Shown here piece by piece: positions 18,615 to 20,000 of a DNA stretch of 20,000 bases. The notes under the pieces were generated by a model. That model saw nothing but the letters and a program-made list of their open reading frames with translations. It made no database searches and had not been told where the DNA came from. Position 1 is the stretch's first letter. Every line of letters begins with the position of its first letter. Where the stretch lies: positions 177,042-197,041 of the forward strand of contig ML992502.1 of assembly GCA_010093995.1 (NCBI GenBank), written 5' to 3'. Source of the DNA: Elsinoe ampelina. Lineage: Eukaryota. Made by a program: the position numbers and the translations under genes.

Positions 18615-19163
18615 TTAACTAATAGAAGTGCCCTAATTATTACTAAATAAGGAACCCTAATCGGAGTTAGGCATAAATAACTACTAATTCTATAGTAGGA
18701 CGGGATTTACTAACGATAGTATTTCCTCTTACTCTAGAACTTAAATACGAGTTTCCTCTAGAGAGATTACTTTCTCTACTTTATCCTCTAACTTTTATAT
18801 CTCTTTACGTAGGTAAAGCTTATCGCCTATAGCTCTTTAATAAGCCTCTTTTACCTTTTTATAAGCTTCTTTAGCTTCTCTTCTAGTAGCCTTAGCTATA
18901 ACTAATTCCTTTCGTAAATAAATATACTTAGACTAGAGACGCTACTATTCTAATTTTGTTACCTAAATATTATAACTCGAGTAGTTACTTATAATATACT
19001 AGCTATAGATACCCGACCGAATATAGACCTTATAGTCTAGCCCCTTCGATTTATAACAAGAATAAGTCTATAGTATATTAGTTCCGAATAGTTCGATAAA
19101 CTCTAAGAGATTCTTTCGTATAGATGTACTAGATTTACTATGCCTTTAATAACTAGGAGACAT
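18615..19163 (-). pseudogene. Antisense accessory ORF of the Gypsy element: Zn2Cys6-like motif plus coiled coil (RIP-degraded; 3' end uncertain)
   Basis: ATG at 19163. Six TAT codons (TGT before RIP) at codons 34, 37, 44, 53, 56 and 64, followed by an E/K/A/R-rich helix. All in-frame stops are TAA/TAG, consistent with RIP of CAA/CAG/TGG. Confidence 0.65.
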
Positions 19164-19222
19164 ATTTAGTATATAACGCATAAAGATAAGAAAGAATACT
19201 TACTCGTTAGGACAACTCGATT

Positions 19223-19234
19223 AAAGGAGAAGAG
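19223..19234 (+). promoter_or_regulatory. Polypurine tract of the Gypsy element
   Basis: AAAGGAGAAGAG ends 3 nt before the 3' LTR. Confidence 0.8.
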
Positions 19235-19237
19235 TAA

Positions 19238-19700
19238 TATTATAAACTAGTAGGACAGCTAGAACGTAGGGACGTTAGGACTAATTAAGCTACTAAGATT
19301 ATTACGTAACCTAGCCCGACGTTTACCTAGTTCTCTATCTTCTCTAGTAGCTTTACCTCTAAAACTATAGAGCATATAGGTTACTAGCGGACGTATACTC
19401 TATATTACCCCCGACTCTCGCTATAGAGTATATAAAGCACACGGAGAACGCAATAGAGAACATATATATATAGGAACAGTCCTTACCTTATATAAGTACT
19501 ATAGTTAACCTCGTCTAGATAGCGAATACTAGTATTGCTAAGGCTAGCCTTTATAATACTATCTAATCGTACTTTATTATCTATAGAATATACCTTCTCT
19601 AACTCTTACCTTAGTACTATACTACTATAGAAGTAGAACTCCCTCGTTCTTAGCTTAGCTTAGACTACTAGCGTAGACTATATTTAGACGGTTTATAACA
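19238..19700 (+). repeat. Gypsy 3' LTR (463 bp)
   Basis: TATTATAAAC...GTTTATAACA. About 43 differences from the 5' LTR by manual count, all transitions. Confidence 0.96.
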
Positions 19701-19705
19701 ATAAA

Positions 19706-20000
19706 TTAGATAAATACTCTAACACTAATATTAATATTATTATACTAGTCTATAAAGTAGTAGTAGTATCTATATTATTATTCTTAACCTATAGTAAGAA
19801 TAGAGTAATCTATAACTCTAGTGTATTAAGGCACTTTATTAAAGATAGATTATAGTTCTTAACAATTAAGGAACATAAAGATATTCTTAAATTTAAATAA
19901 GCTATTAGTATAAAGAAGCTACTTAATATAGAAATTAGTATAGTTAGGCTTATACTAACTAATAGCAAAGGTAAGAAGTTAATTATTAAGCTTTATAATT
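19706..20000 (+). pseudogene. Copia aspartic protease region (RIP-degraded, partial)
   Basis: 19805-19834 reads VIYNSSVLRH, which reverts by transitions only to VIYDSGASRH. It is in frame with the upstream gag once the 7023-bp insertion (element plus one TSD) is removed. Confidence 0.75.

Larger units (their letters stand above)
12683..19700 (+). mobile_element. Full-length Ty3/Gypsy chromovirus LTR retrotransposon (7018 bp), RIP-inactivated
   Basis: Two 463-bp LTRs, 5-bp TSD ATAAA (12678-12682 and 19701-19705), polypurine tract, and domain order gag-PR-RT-RH-IN-chromodomain. Confidence 0.96.
11387..20000 (+). mobile_element. Ty1/Copia LTR retrotransposon, RIP-inactivated, interrupted by a Gypsy element and running off the window end
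   Basis: Short LTR with terminal inverted repeat, then GGTTATAAGCCC PBS, a gag N-terminal motif and a CCHC knuckle. A DSGA-type protease follows the Gypsy insertion in the same frame. Confidence 0.82.
11520..20000. other. AT-rich region shaped by repeat-induced point mutation (RIP)
   Basis: Visible excess of TpA and depletion of CpA/TpG. No ORFs appear in the supplied track, yet retroelement motifs are recoverable by C->T/G->A reversion. Confidence 0.95.

Noticed and set aside
11520..20000. AT-rich block as mitochondrial insertion, horizontal transfer, alternative genetic code or centromere
   Set aside because: Fully explained by RIP-mutated retrotransposons. Proximity to NDC80 says nothing about centromere position, and centromere status cannot be read from this window.

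Overview
Fungal (filamentous ascomycete-like) genomic DNA with two sharply separated compartments. Bases 1 to ~11380 are GC-balanced and hold four genes: NDC80/HEC1 (+, 2 exons), a lone cytochrome P450 (-, 2 exons), a seipin (+, probably with a GC-AG first intron) and an 803-aa protein (-) built from two interleaved short repeat motifs, flanked by what look like the two halves of a degenerate GroES-like (ADH_N) domain. From ~11520 to the end the DNA is AT-rich and heavily RIP-mutated, and consists of nested LTR retrotransposons. A Ty1/Copia element (short 5' LTR 11387-11528, half-tRNA-iMet-type PBS, gag zinc knuckle, protease) is interrupted by a full-length 7018-bp Ty3/Gypsy chromovirus (463-bp LTRs, ATAAA target-site duplication, gag, -1 frameshift, PR-RT-RH-IN-chromodomain). 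When RIP is reversed by eye, the Gypsy element also shows an antisense ORF with a Zn(II)2Cys6-like cysteine pattern plus a coiled coil, and an unusually long gag C-terminal extension. All family calls come from motif recognition; no database searches were run.
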